Assembly: GCA_049860595.1 (NCBI GenBank)
Contig: CP187551.1
Origin: Methanocaldococcus sp. 16A
Lineage (GTDB): Archaea; AGJL01; Methanococci; Methanococcales; Methanocaldococcaceae
DNA: 24,000 bases
Reading direction: 5' to 3' (one strand)
Below, piece after piece: positions 10,157 to 18,134 of this stretch (positions are counted from its first letter, which is position 1; the number at the start of each line of letters is the position of its first letter). The notes under the pieces are model-generated. The model was not told the origin of the DNA, ran no database searches, and saw nothing but the letters and a program-made list of their open reading frames with translations. Made by a program: the position numbers and the translations under genes.

Positions 10157-10411
10157 TTATTCTTTACAAATCTTATAAATGTTTTGTGCTACACCTATCC
10201 ATCTTAAGTAAGAGTAGATAGATGCCTTTAATATAGAAATATCTTCAGCTTTAACATTTATCTTTATTACATTTTTATTTATTTCCATTGTAGCAGAGGA
10301 TTTTATTTGAGATGTTAAATGTTCTAAAAATATAGATTTATAAATAGTTTCTGCCTCTTCCTCACTATTGAATTCTAATATCAGTTCAAAAGAATTCATA
10401 AAAATCCCCAT
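10157..10411 (-). CDS. pcc1: Pcc1-like KEOPS subunit (CTAG/Pcc1 family)
   Basis: About 80 aa with the characteristic C-terminal ...AEDISILKASIYSYLRWIGVA motif. It occupies the position between Brix and LX expected in the archaeal superoperon. Alternative start at ATG 10399. Confidence 0.65.
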   Translation of the reverse strand: MGIFMNSFELILEFNSEEEAETIYKSIFLEHLTSQIKSSATMEINKNVIKINVKAEDISILKASIYSYLRWIGVAQNIYKICKE

Positions 10412-10416
10412 AACAT

Positions 10417-10926
10417 TTAGAAAAGGCTGTCAAATAGTTTAATAGACTTTACTCTAATTAAAGGACCTATTTTAACTCTTCCCTTATAGAATTGGATAGC
10501 AAATAGATATTTTGGGTCTCTCTCCAATCTTAATGTTATATTGCTATCTTCATCAATATTTAAATATTGGAACAAAAATTCATCATAAATTTCATAATGT
10601 TTTTGGAACTCTTCATTATCTTTAAGCTCTTTGCTAATCTTTATTTTTATTCCATCATCATTGTATATTTTCTCTCCACAAACTTCTCTCTGTAACTTAA
10701 CAGAAATAAAGCTTGACAACCTTCTCTCATTTTCAACATCATAAACTACTAAAGTTCCAGGGTTAGCTTTAAATTCTCCAATTAAAAGAACATGCTTGTC
10801 CATTTCAAAAATCTCTTTTAATGAAAGCTTCCCTCTTTGGACATAAGGTAAATTTAAGGTTCTCTCTAAATCTCTGACAAAACTTCTTGTTCTTTGAGAA
10901 GGTTTTCTTGAGGTTGTGAGTATCAT
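10417..10926 (-). CDS. Brix-domain (Imp4-like) ribosome biogenesis protein
   Basis: The N-terminus [24 protein letters not shown] is the archaeal Brix hallmark. 169 aa. It starts 2 nt after the rpoP stop. Confidence 0.85.
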   Translation of the reverse strand: MILTTSRKPSQRTRSFVRDLERTLNLPYVQRGKLSLKEIFEMDKHVLLIGEFKANPGTLVVYDVENERRLSSFISVKLQREVCGEKIYNDDGIKIKISKELKDNEEFQKHYEIYDEFLFQYLNIDEDSNITLRLERDPKYLFAIQFYKGRVKIGPLIRVKSIKLFDSLF

Positions 10927-10927
10927 T

Positions 10928-11068
10928 TTACCTCGCCTTTACATGTTTAACTACTTTTGGTCTAAGTTTAACCAATATTTTATAACTGCAGTGAGGACAT
11001 CTTGCTCTATTTCCTAATTCTTCAAATTTTATAATTTTTTTACAGTTTAAACACTTGTATTCAACCAT
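10928..11068 (-). CDS. rpoP: DNA-directed RNA polymerase subunit P (Rpo12/RpoP), 46 aa; not in the ORF track
   Basis: Manual translation gives [46 protein letters not shown]. It has a CxxC...CxxC zinc ribbon and sits at the conserved position between L37Ae and Brix. Confidence 0.8.
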   Translation of the reverse strand: MVEYKCLNCKKIIKFEELGNRARCPHCSYKILVKLRPKVVKHVKAR

Positions 11069-11132
11069 AATTTATCCCCAAATAATTTTGGTCTCTTAAA
11101 AGAAAAAAATTAGATATATATGGTTTGATAAA

Positions 11133-11411
11133 TTATTCTTCTTTTCTCTCAACAATTCTTCTAATTGCTTTCATAACTGCTTTGCCAGCCCCAGTCTCTG
11201 GTGTGTAAGCCCCTCCAGCTATCTTAGCTCCACACTTTCCACAAACCCATATTGATGTTGAAGCTCTCTTTAATTTTGGAAATCCACAAACAGGACATTT
11301 GTATTTTTTCTTTGCTTTAATTTCAACATCTCTAACTCTAACTCTTATTTTTAAACCATATCTTGGACCAAATCTTCCTGTAGGTCCTACTTTCTTTGTG
11401 TGGCTGAACAT
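11133..11411 (-). CDS. rpl37ae: 50S ribosomal protein L37Ae (eL43)
   Basis: [19 protein letters not shown]... followed by a CPVCG...CGKCG zinc ribbon. 92 aa. Confidence 0.93.
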   Translation of the reverse strand: MFSHTKKVGPTGRFGPRYGLKIRVRVRDVEIKAKKKYKCPVCGFPKLKRASTSIWVCGKCGAKIAGGAYTPETGAGKAVMKAIRRIVERKEE

Positions 11412-11441
11412 ACACTCTCACCTCATCTTTAATTTCTATAA

Positions 11442-12149
11442 CTATTCACTATATTTCTTAACAACTTTTGTTTGGACATTTCCTTTGGTTATTTTGTTTA
11501 GATGAGCATAGAACTCTGCTTCAATACCACTTGGTATTTCAATTAATACAATTAAAGAACCATCTGGTTGCCATTCTTCCTGTTTAACAGCTCCAAATTG
11601 ATATAAAGCATTATATGCCTTAGAAGCAAATTCTGCAGGAATTTTAACAGCAATATCTCTCTTTTCAAATCTAATGGGTAGAACCTTTTTAAGCTTTTTA
11701 ACAATTTCAGGAACTTGTTCTTCAGCACTTTTGTAAATGTCAATATTAATTCTTAACTCTTCAATTGCCTTTTCAATTCTATGTGGTGGATGTGGTGTAT
11801 CTGTTTGTGGGTTTATGGTGTTTCTACTAATTATGGTTATAATTTGTCTTTTCTTTTGTTCTCTAATTTCTTCTCTCTGCTTAGCAGTTAATTGAACTTG
11901 ACCTTTTAATATAATTTTTTTAGCAATTTCTTTAACATCAGTAGTTCCAAAAACCTTTGATAAAAGCTCTTCAGGGGCTTTTTCCCCTTTATTTGCGTCT
12001 CTAAACACTACCTCAACAGCTAAAAGCTCATCCATATCTACATTTTGACCTTCTTTAAGTTTAGCTGCTAAATATGGGTCAACTAAAATTTCAAATTTTT
12101 CGCCATGTGAATTATATCTTGCAATTACTGCCTCTTCTAAGGACACCAT
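11442..12149 (-). CDS. sdo1: SBDS-family ribosome maturation protein
   Basis: [24 protein letters not shown] (FYSH domain) and an overall length of about 235 aa. The ORF opens at GTG 12164. ATG 12149 follows GGGGAGTGAT. Confidence 0.9.
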   Translation of the reverse strand: MVSLEEAVIARYNSHGEKFEILVDPYLAAKLKEGQNVDMDELLAVEVVFRDANKGEKAPEELLSKVFGTTDVKEIAKKIILKGQVQLTAKQREEIREQKKRQIITIISRNTINPQTDTPHPPHRIEKAIEELRINIDIYKSAEEQVPEIVKKLKKVLPIRFEKRDIAVKIPAEFASKAYNALYQFGAVKQEEWQPDGSLIVLIEIPSGIEAEFYAHLNKITKGNVQTKVVKKYSE

Positions 12150-12212
12150 AATATCACTCCCCACATTATATAAATGTTTCGGATAAGATTTTTAGATACC
12201 ATAGAAAAATAT

Positions 12213-12306
12213 ATAGGACTTTCGCAGGAATGAATTTTTTATTGAAATATAGACACTTAAAGGTGTCAAAGTTCCAATTTTAATATATAAACTGCAAAAG
12301 TCCTAT
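12213..12306. repeat. Palindromic MITE/MJRE-like repetitive element, copy 2 (~94 bp)
   Basis: ATAGGACTTTCGCA ... TGCAAAAGTCCTAT termini and a central GACAC-TTAAAG-GTGTC palindrome. Colinear with copy 1 (1992-2086). It lies between psmA and the SBDS gene. Confidence 0.8.
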
Positions 12307-12419
12307 ATAAACTATTTAATAAAACTAAAATATATTTCTCATTATGATTCAAAAATAAAGTAAGGTTTTATATTAATAATTTAAAATAGCAGGATTTAAA
12401 AATTTTACTATGTTTTATT

Positions 12420-13187
12420 TTATTGATTCTCCTTGTTTTCTTCTTCTTTCTTATTTTCTTCATTTAATTTCTTTTTAACTTTTTCTATGAGTTTTTTTAT
12501 TTCTTCTACAGAAATTTTCTTAAATTGTGAATCTTTAACTGTTATTACACAAACATCAACATTTTCTGCTTTTATATCTTCATTTGCTTTTGCTAATGCA
12601 GTTATGGCTAACTCTAAACCTTCGTCTAATGTTATATCATCTTTATACTCTTTTTCTAACAGCTCCATAACTACAGGTCTTCCACTACCAATTGCAGTCG
12701 CTTTATATTCAATTAAAGCCCCACTTGGGTCTGTTTCAAATAATCTTGCTTCATTTTTATCAATTCCAGCAATTAATAATGAAACTCCAAATGGTCTAAC
12801 TCCTCCATGTTGTGTATATGCTTGTTTAATATCGCAAATTTTTTTTGCTAACATTTCAATTGATATCTCTTCCCCATAAGTTAATCTGTAAATCTGAGCT
12901 TCCAATCTCGCCCTATCAATTAAGACTCTTGCATCAGCGACTAATCCAGAGGTAGCAGCAGCGACGTGGTCGTCAATTTGGAATATCTTCTCTATTGACC
13001 TAATTTTTACGAGTTTGCTTGTTATTCTTCTATCAACCGCTAATACAACACCATCTTTACAGGCAATACCTATCGCTGTAGTTCCTCTCCTTACAGCCTC
13101 TCTTGCATATTCTACTTGATATAATCTACCCTCTGGGCTAAATACTGTAATTGCTCTATCATAAGCACTTGGTGGCACCATTTGCAT
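12420..13187 (-). CDS. psmA: Proteasome subunit alpha
   Basis: [20 protein letters not shown] (alpha-subunit signature) and the full 20S alpha fold sequence, with a K/E-rich C-terminal tail. Confidence 0.95.
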   Translation of the reverse strand: MQMVPPSAYDRAITVFSPEGRLYQVEYAREAVRRGTTAIGIACKDGVVLAVDRRITSKLVKIRSIEKIFQIDDHVAAATSGLVADARVLIDRARLEAQIYRLTYGEEISIEMLAKKICDIKQAYTQHGGVRPFGVSLLIAGIDKNEARLFETDPSGALIEYKATAIGSGRPVVMELLEKEYKDDITLDEGLELAITALAKANEDIKAENVDVCVITVKDSQFKKISVEEIKKLIEKVKKKLNEENKKEEENKENQ

Positions 13188-13425
13188 GCTTTCCCTCCTA
13201 GTATAATATTAATTAAGTAATCTAAAATAAACATCAACTTTGGATGTTTTTTAGTTATTCATCTCATTATAATAAATTATTATTTTTATTCTTTTTTATT
13301 TTTATGTGTAATCTCATTTTGTTATTGGTTGTGTTAAGTATTGACATAACCATAAATTATATATATGATGAGGTATATATGAGATTACGTTATAAAATAA
13401 ATTAGAGAGTGTGTGGTGATACAGA

Positions 13426-13713
13426 ATGAAGAAGGTAGTTATATCAGATGAAGCTAAAGAGTTCATCTTAGATAAGTTAAAGAAAGCTAACCAAGATACA
13501 GTAGTTATACACTTTGAAGGGTTTGGGTGAGCTGGACCTAAATTTGGAATTTCAATAGCTCAACCAAACGAAAATGATAAACTAATCTATGACAACGAAT
13601 TTAAAATCTACATCGACCCTATTGCCGACCAATGGCTTGATGAAGTTAATATCTCATTAAGAAGGTCAATATTTGGAAAGTCTCTTAAGATAAAAGGTAG
13701 TAGTGAGTGCTAA
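13426..13713 (+). CDS. HesB/IscA-like selenoprotein (95 aa) with in-frame TGA = selenocysteine at 13528-13530; not in the ORF track
   Basis: ATG 13426 is preceded by GGTGAT. Translation gives MKKVVISDEAKEFILDKLKKANQDTVVIHFEGFG-U-AGPKFGISIAQPNENDKLIYDNEFKIYIDPIADQWLDEVNISLRRSIFGKSLKIKGSSEC. The UGA sits where A-type Fe-S carriers have the conserved Cys (G-C-x-G). The reading frame is clean on both sides of the TGA. A SECIS element lies immediately 3'. Confidence 0.85.
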
Positions 13714-13742
13714 CCGGGAACCCAATTTTGGGACCGGTTAGC
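13709..13742 (+). promoter_or_regulatory. Archaeal SECIS element (3'-UTR type), overlapping the stop codon
   Basis: GCUAACCGG-GAA-CCC-AAUUUU-GGG-A-CCGGUUAGC. This gives a 9-bp GC-containing helix I, the conserved asymmetric GAA/A internal loop, a 3-bp G:C helix II and a 6-nt apical loop. A T-tract (13743-13746) follows. Confidence 0.85.
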
Positions 13743-14179
13743 TTTTATTATTGGATGAATTTATAATTTATACTATTTTTTTAGAGTTGATTAAATTTAT
13801 AATTTTACAGTATCTACGAATATGTATTAGATATGCATTATACATAACTACATTTAAATAATCAAATTTATCTAATAACTTACTCACTTCGACGATGAAG
13901 AATTTTAGAGACATACTTTCTTTTTTATTTCGTATTTTAATCCATAAGTTATGAATAACTCATCTAAGCATAAAAAGGAACAACCTAACTTTTGGAGAGG
14001 TTAATTTTGTTTTTATTAATGCATCTTGAAAATATTGCTAATAATCTATTTACATAGTAGTAGGCGATTTCAAAACTCCCTATGATGCGTATTTTGAAAA
14101 TATTTAGTTATAATAATGGAATACTATTATGAGTAAGAATGGAGAAATAATACAACATAATTACTAATTAGGTGGTAAA

Positions 14180-15187
14180 ATGGAGGTTTTATGCATAGAT
14201 ATTGGAAAAGGGACACAAGATATCCTATATATAGACACCAATAAGAATATTGAGAACTCCATAAAGTTAATTCTTCCATCTCCAACAGTAATTTTGGCAG
14301 AAAAAATAAAGAAAATGACTGAGGACTTAAGGATAGATGGAGTTGTAATGGGGGGAGGTCCAGTAAATAAAGCAATATATGAACACATAAAAAAAGGGTT
14401 TAAGGTTGAGATATCAGAAAGTGCAGCAAGAACAATAAGGGATGATTTAGAGGAGGTAAAAAAGAGGGGAATAATAGTTAAAGAAAGTATAGAGAACCCA
14501 AACATCATTTTTAGAGATTTAGATTTTGACATGCTAAAAAATATATTTGCATCAATAGGAAAGGAGTTTAATCCTGACTTTGTATGTGTGGCATGCCAAG
14601 ATCACGGTTTTGTTAAGGGGCAGAGTGATAGAATCACAAGGTTCAAATACTTTGAAAATAAGTTAAAAGAGACAAACGACCCATATAAATTTTACTTTGA
14701 AGAAAAGACAAATTATTTTTCAAGGTTTGATGCAATCTTAGAAACATTAAAAGAAAACAAATACAAAGGATTTGTAATGGATAGTAAGATCGCCTCTATA
14801 TGCGGAATTTTAAACTATGCAAAGGAAAATGGCATTAATGAGTTTATTGGTTTGGACATAGGTAATGGTCATACCTTAGGAGTTTCTATAAAAGATGGGG
14901 AAATTGTTGGATTATTTGAGCATCATACGAGACTTCTAACTCCTAAAAAATTAAAAAACATTGTCGATAAATTGGCAGATGGGTCATTAACAAACGAAGA
15001 AATATTTAATGATAATGGTCATGGAGCTGTGGTTTTAGACAGTGTAAATCCAGAAGAAATTTTAATTGCTGGACCAAATAGAGAAATGTTTAAGGATTAT
15101 GGAAAATACGCATATCCTGGTGGAGATGTGATGATTACTGGGTGTGTTGGGTTATATGACGTGTTAAAATCTATAAAGGGATGCTGA
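14180..15187 (+). CDS. ASKHA-superfamily (actin/sugar-kinase-like ATPase fold) protein, DUF1786-like
   Basis: Two phosphate-binding-type motifs: CIDIGKGTQDILY near the N-terminus and GLDIGNGHTLG mid-protein. AGGTGG Shine-Dalgarno before ATG 14180. The family assignment is from memory of DUF1786 N-termini. Confidence 0.6.
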   Translation: MEVLCIDIGKGTQDILYIDTNKNIENSIKLILPSPTVILAEKIKKMTEDLRIDGVVMGGGPVNKAIYEHIKKGFKVEISESAARTIRDDLEEVKKRGIIVKESIENPNIIFRDLDFDMLKNIFASIGKEFNPDFVCVACQDHGFVKGQSDRITRFKYFENKLKETNDPYKFYFEEKTNYFSRFDAILETLKENKYKGFVMDSKIASICGILNYAKENGINEFIGLDIGNGHTLGVSIKDGEIVGLFEHHTRLLTPKKLKNIVDKLADGSLTNEEIFNDNGHGAVVLDSVNPEEILIAGPNREMFKDYGKYAYPGGDVMITGCVGLYDVLKSIKGC

Positions 15188-15406
15188 GCTAACCATCTCT
15201 TTCCTTTTGATGAAACTATTATAAGGTGGAGTCTTCCCGATGTAGTCAAATATAGAAGATGAAGATTATAGAAATATAAAATAGCGACCGTTATAGTTGA
15301 GTTATAGACTAAGTTTATCTAAATCTTACAAAGATAAAAATGTTTTATTGTAATTATTATCTTCCCATTTTCTTTATCGTATTTTATGCATCACATTCAA
15401 TTATAT

Positions 15407-17506
15407 TTATTTGATTATTCTTGCATCACCAATGCATCCTCCTTCTTTATCATTAAAGACAAATACTGGATTTAAATCCATTTCTTTAATATTTTTGTGG
15501 ATATCCATAAATACTCCAATCTTTATTAGAGTATCTACAATAAAATTAATATCTTTCTTAGCTCTTCCCCTAACACCCTCTAAAACTTTATATGATTTTA
15601 ATTCTTTTAACATATTGAGTGCAAAGTCTCTTGTTATTGGAGAAATTCCAAAGCTAACATCTTTTAAAACTTCAACGAACACTCCTCCTAATCCAACCAT
15701 CACAACAGAGCCAAAAATATCATCCTTCTTAGCTCCTATTATAATTTCCATCTTGTCCTTTTCAATAAATTCTTCAACTAAAACTCCTTCTATAATTAAA
15801 TCATCTATTCCATTTCTTTTTGCATATTCCTTAGCATTTCCAATTAATTTTTTAAAAGCATCTTTAGGATTTTTTGGATTTATTATAACTCCTCCTGCCT
15901 CTGTCTTATGTATTATTTGTGGAGATACTATTTTCATCACACATTTACCTAATTTTTTGCAATATTCTAAAGCTTCATCTTCATTTTTAGCTAAATAGCC
16001 TTTAGGAACTGGAAGACCATAGATGCTTAATAATTTTTTTGCTTTATACTCGTTTGGATTTTGTAGTAATTCTTTAATAATATCTTTATTTTCTTCAGTA
16101 ATTTTTAAGAACTCTTCTTTAACATGTTCTAAGTATTCATCATAATCTTCTTTAACTTTCATCAAACTGTATTTGTATAAATGGGAGAGAGCTTTAATAC
16201 CATTTTCTGGAGTTATATAGGCAGGAATTCCGTTCTTTCTTAAATAACTCTTAGCCCCTTTAACTGAAACTCCTCCAATAAATGAAGCAATTAACGGTTT
16301 ATTTTTAAATTCTTTATGGGAATTTTTAACATCTACAATAGATTTTGCTACTTCCAAAGGTTTTGTCATCTCTTGTGGAGTTAATATTACCAAAAGCCCT
16401 CTAACATTGCTATCTTCAGCTAAAACTTCTATAGCCTTTTTATATCTTTCAGGAGTTGCATCTCCTATAATATCCAATGGATTTGAGATGTTGGCAGTTG
16501 GTGGTAGAATATTTTTAAGTTTTTCTATTGTTGATTCATTAAAGTTAGCCAACTTCATGTTATAATCAACACAGCTATCAGCTGCTAAAACACCAAATCC
16601 TCCAGCGTTTGTTATAATTCCAATTTCATTTGAGCTTATGGTTGGCTGAGTTGAAAAGAGATGAATTAAATCAACTAACTCTTCAAATGTATAAGCTCTA
16701 ATAATTCCAGCTTCTTTAAATGCAGCCTCATAAATAACATCTTCTCCAGCTAAAGAGCCAGTGTGGGATTTGGCAGCCTTTTTCCCAACTTCAGTTCTTC
16801 CAGATTTTAAAGCAATTATTGGCTTCTTTTTAGATAGCTTTTTAGCAACTTTTAAGAATCTCTTATCCTTTAATCCTTCTATGTATAAAACAACTATATT
16901 TGTGTCTTTATCATCTAAAAAATATTCTAATAAATCACTTTCTTGAATATCAGCTTTATTTCCAATGCTAATAACCTTAGAAAAGCCAATATTTAAAAGA
17001 GGAGCTATATCTAATATGGCGTTTAAAACAGCCCCACTTTGTGAGATTATTGAGACTTTTCCTTTTGGTGGGAATATCTTTGCAAATGTAGCGTTTAGGT
17101 TTATGTGAGTGTTCATAATCCCAAGACAATTAGGCCCTATAATTCTTATGCCATATCTTTTTGCTATTTCTTTAACTTTCCTCTCTAATTCATAATTTCC
17201 TACTTCTGAAAAGCCAGCTGTAATAATTACAGCCCCTTTAACTCCTTTTTTTCCACACTCCTCCAACACCTTAGGGACAACAACATTTGGAACTACTATA
17301 ATTGCTAAATCTACATCATCTTTAATATCTAAAACTGATTTATAGCATTTTATGCCAAATATCTCATCATATTTTGGATTTACAGGATAAATTTTTCCAT
17401 TAAAGTCTTTTAAATTTTTTAAAATTGCATATCCAACTTTTCCTTCAGTTTTTGAAGCTCCTATAACAGCTATTGATTTTGGATAGAAAATATATTTTAA
17501 GCTCAT
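15407..17506 (-). CDS. acd: Acetyl-CoA synthetase (ADP-forming), fused alpha/beta subunits
   Basis: N-terminal CoA-binding domain (PKSIAVIGAS...GKIYPVNPKY), a succinyl-CoA-synthetase-like flavodoxin domain including the SHTGSLAG phosphohistidine loop, and a C-terminal ATP-grasp domain. 699 aa. Confidence 0.92.
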   Translation of the reverse strand: MSLKYIFYPKSIAVIGASKTEGKVGYAILKNLKDFNGKIYPVNPKYDEIFGIKCYKSVLDIKDDVDLAIIVVPNVVVPKVLEECGKKGVKGAVIITAGFSEVGNYELERKVKEIAKRYGIRIIGPNCLGIMNTHINLNATFAKIFPPKGKVSIISQSGAVLNAILDIAPLLNIGFSKVISIGNKADIQESDLLEYFLDDKDTNIVVLYIEGLKDKRFLKVAKKLSKKKPIIALKSGRTEVGKKAAKSHTGSLAGEDVIYEAAFKEAGIIRAYTFEELVDLIHLFSTQPTISSNEIGIITNAGGFGVLAADSCVDYNMKLANFNESTIEKLKNILPPTANISNPLDIIGDATPERYKKAIEVLAEDSNVRGLLVILTPQEMTKPLEVAKSIVDVKNSHKEFKNKPLIASFIGGVSVKGAKSYLRKNGIPAYITPENGIKALSHLYKYSLMKVKEDYDEYLEHVKEEFLKITEENKDIIKELLQNPNEYKAKKLLSIYGLPVPKGYLAKNEDEALEYCKKLGKCVMKIVSPQIIHKTEAGGVIINPKNPKDAFKKLIGNAKEYAKRNGIDDLIIEGVLVEEFIEKDKMEIIIGAKKDDIFGSVVMVGLGGVFVEVLKDVSFGISPITRDFALNMLKELKSYKVLEGVRGRAKKDINFIVDTLIKIGVFMDIHKNIKEMDLNPVFVFNDKEGGCIGDARIIK

Positions 17507-17594
17507 AATCCCTCCCCCACATATTTTTTAGAGAAAATTTTTTATACTGATTTTTAATATCTAATTAGAGAGTATCTCTTTTAACATTTATATA

Positions 17595-17624
17595 CTCACC
17601 TCCCATAACGATTATGGAGGTGAG
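17595..17624 (+). promoter_or_regulatory. Hairpin sequestering the Shine-Dalgarno of the downstream zinc-finger ORF (or a palindromic operator)
   Basis: CTCACCTCCCATAA-CGA-TTATGGAGGTGAG. The arms form 13 bp with one bulged C. The 3' arm is the GGAGGTGA ribosome-binding site for ATG 17628. Confidence 0.45.
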
Positions 17625-17627
17625 CTT

Positions 17628-17771
17628 ATGAGATTAAAAGCTATAAAAATAACAAGTAGAGATGGAGAAACATTCTTCAGATGTCCAAGATGTGGAAAAA
17701 TTTTCAGATACTCAAAAGATTACACAAGACATGTAAATAAAGCTCATGGCTATCTCTTTAAAAAAGAATAA
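17628..17771 (+). CDS. Small classical C2H2 zinc-finger protein (47 aa); not in the ORF track
   Basis: [47 protein letters not shown], with spacing C-x2-C-x12-H-x4-H. A strong GGAGGTGAG Shine-Dalgarno lies 3 nt upstream. Confidence 0.65.
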   Translation: MRLKAIKITSRDGETFFRCPRCGKIFRYSKDYTRHVNKAHGYLFKKE

Positions 17772-17780
17772 AGAATAAAG

Positions 17781-18089
17781 TTATTCTTTATAAATAAGAT
17801 TTCCTTCTTCAGTTTCCACTATTTTTGGATGTAACTTTAAAAAAGATTTTATTGCTGGTGGGATGTTCCATTCAACACCATGAACAAGCTTATCCCAATT
17901 TTCAACAAACCTCTTTTTCCCTAAAACTTCATCCAATTTTCCTCTAAGTTTTTCAATAACAATTTTGTCCTTGGTAAAGCTTTTTATTCTATAAGCCCCT
18001 CTTTTAGTTTTTGAATAAAAAATTTTGTCTTCATCATAGTAATTTTTTGCTATTTCCAACAACTCTCTCCAGACCTCTTTAGGTCTCAT
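17781..18089 (-). CDS. Hypothetical protein (102 aa)
   Basis: Clean ORF with coding-like composition, divergent from truD across a 45-bp TATA-containing spacer. No family recognised. Confidence 0.6.
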   Translation of the reverse strand: MRPKEVWRELLEIAKNYYDEDKIFYSKTKRGAYRIKSFTKDKIVIEKLRGKLDEVLGKKRFVENWDKLVHGVEWNIPPAIKSFLKLHPKIVETEEGNLIYKE

Positions 18090-18134
18090 ATTATCACCTT
18101 ATATATAAATAAATTTTTAATTTAAGGTGGTTAT

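Noticed and set aside
9887-12879. ORFs 9887-10141 (+), 11299-11505 (+), 11552-11743 (-) and 12433-12879 (+)
   Set aside because: Three are antisense to rplX, rpl37ae and psmA, and 11552-11743 is an out-of-frame same-strand overlap within the SBDS gene, all of which have clear family signatures. The overlapping ORFs are S/F/L/I-rich with no recognisable motifs.
13366-13425. AUGAUGA (C-box-like) sequence upstream of the selenoprotein gene as a possible C/D box sRNA
   Set aside because: There is no CUGA D box at the right distance of about 50-60 nt, no C'/D' pair, and no terminal stem.
14127-14532. Minus-strand ORFs 14127-14375 and 14164-14532
   Set aside because: They overlap the 5' part of the ASKHA-like gene on the opposite strand. 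The plus-strand gene has a Shine-Dalgarno motif and ATPase motifs, and the minus-strand ORFs have neither.
15185-15262. Possible selenocysteine read-through of the TGA ending the ASKHA-like gene (…KGC-TGA-ANHLFPFDETIIRWSLPDVVKYRR)
   Set aside because: A C-terminal Cys-Sec pair is tempting, and the same GCTAACC heptamer follows as at the real SECIS. However, no GC-rich two-helix hairpin with a GAA/A loop exists in the following 220 nt, and the extension has no coding-like features.
15411-16946. Plus-strand ORFs 15411-15998 and 16761-16946
   Set aside because: They are antisense to the acd gene and low in complexity.
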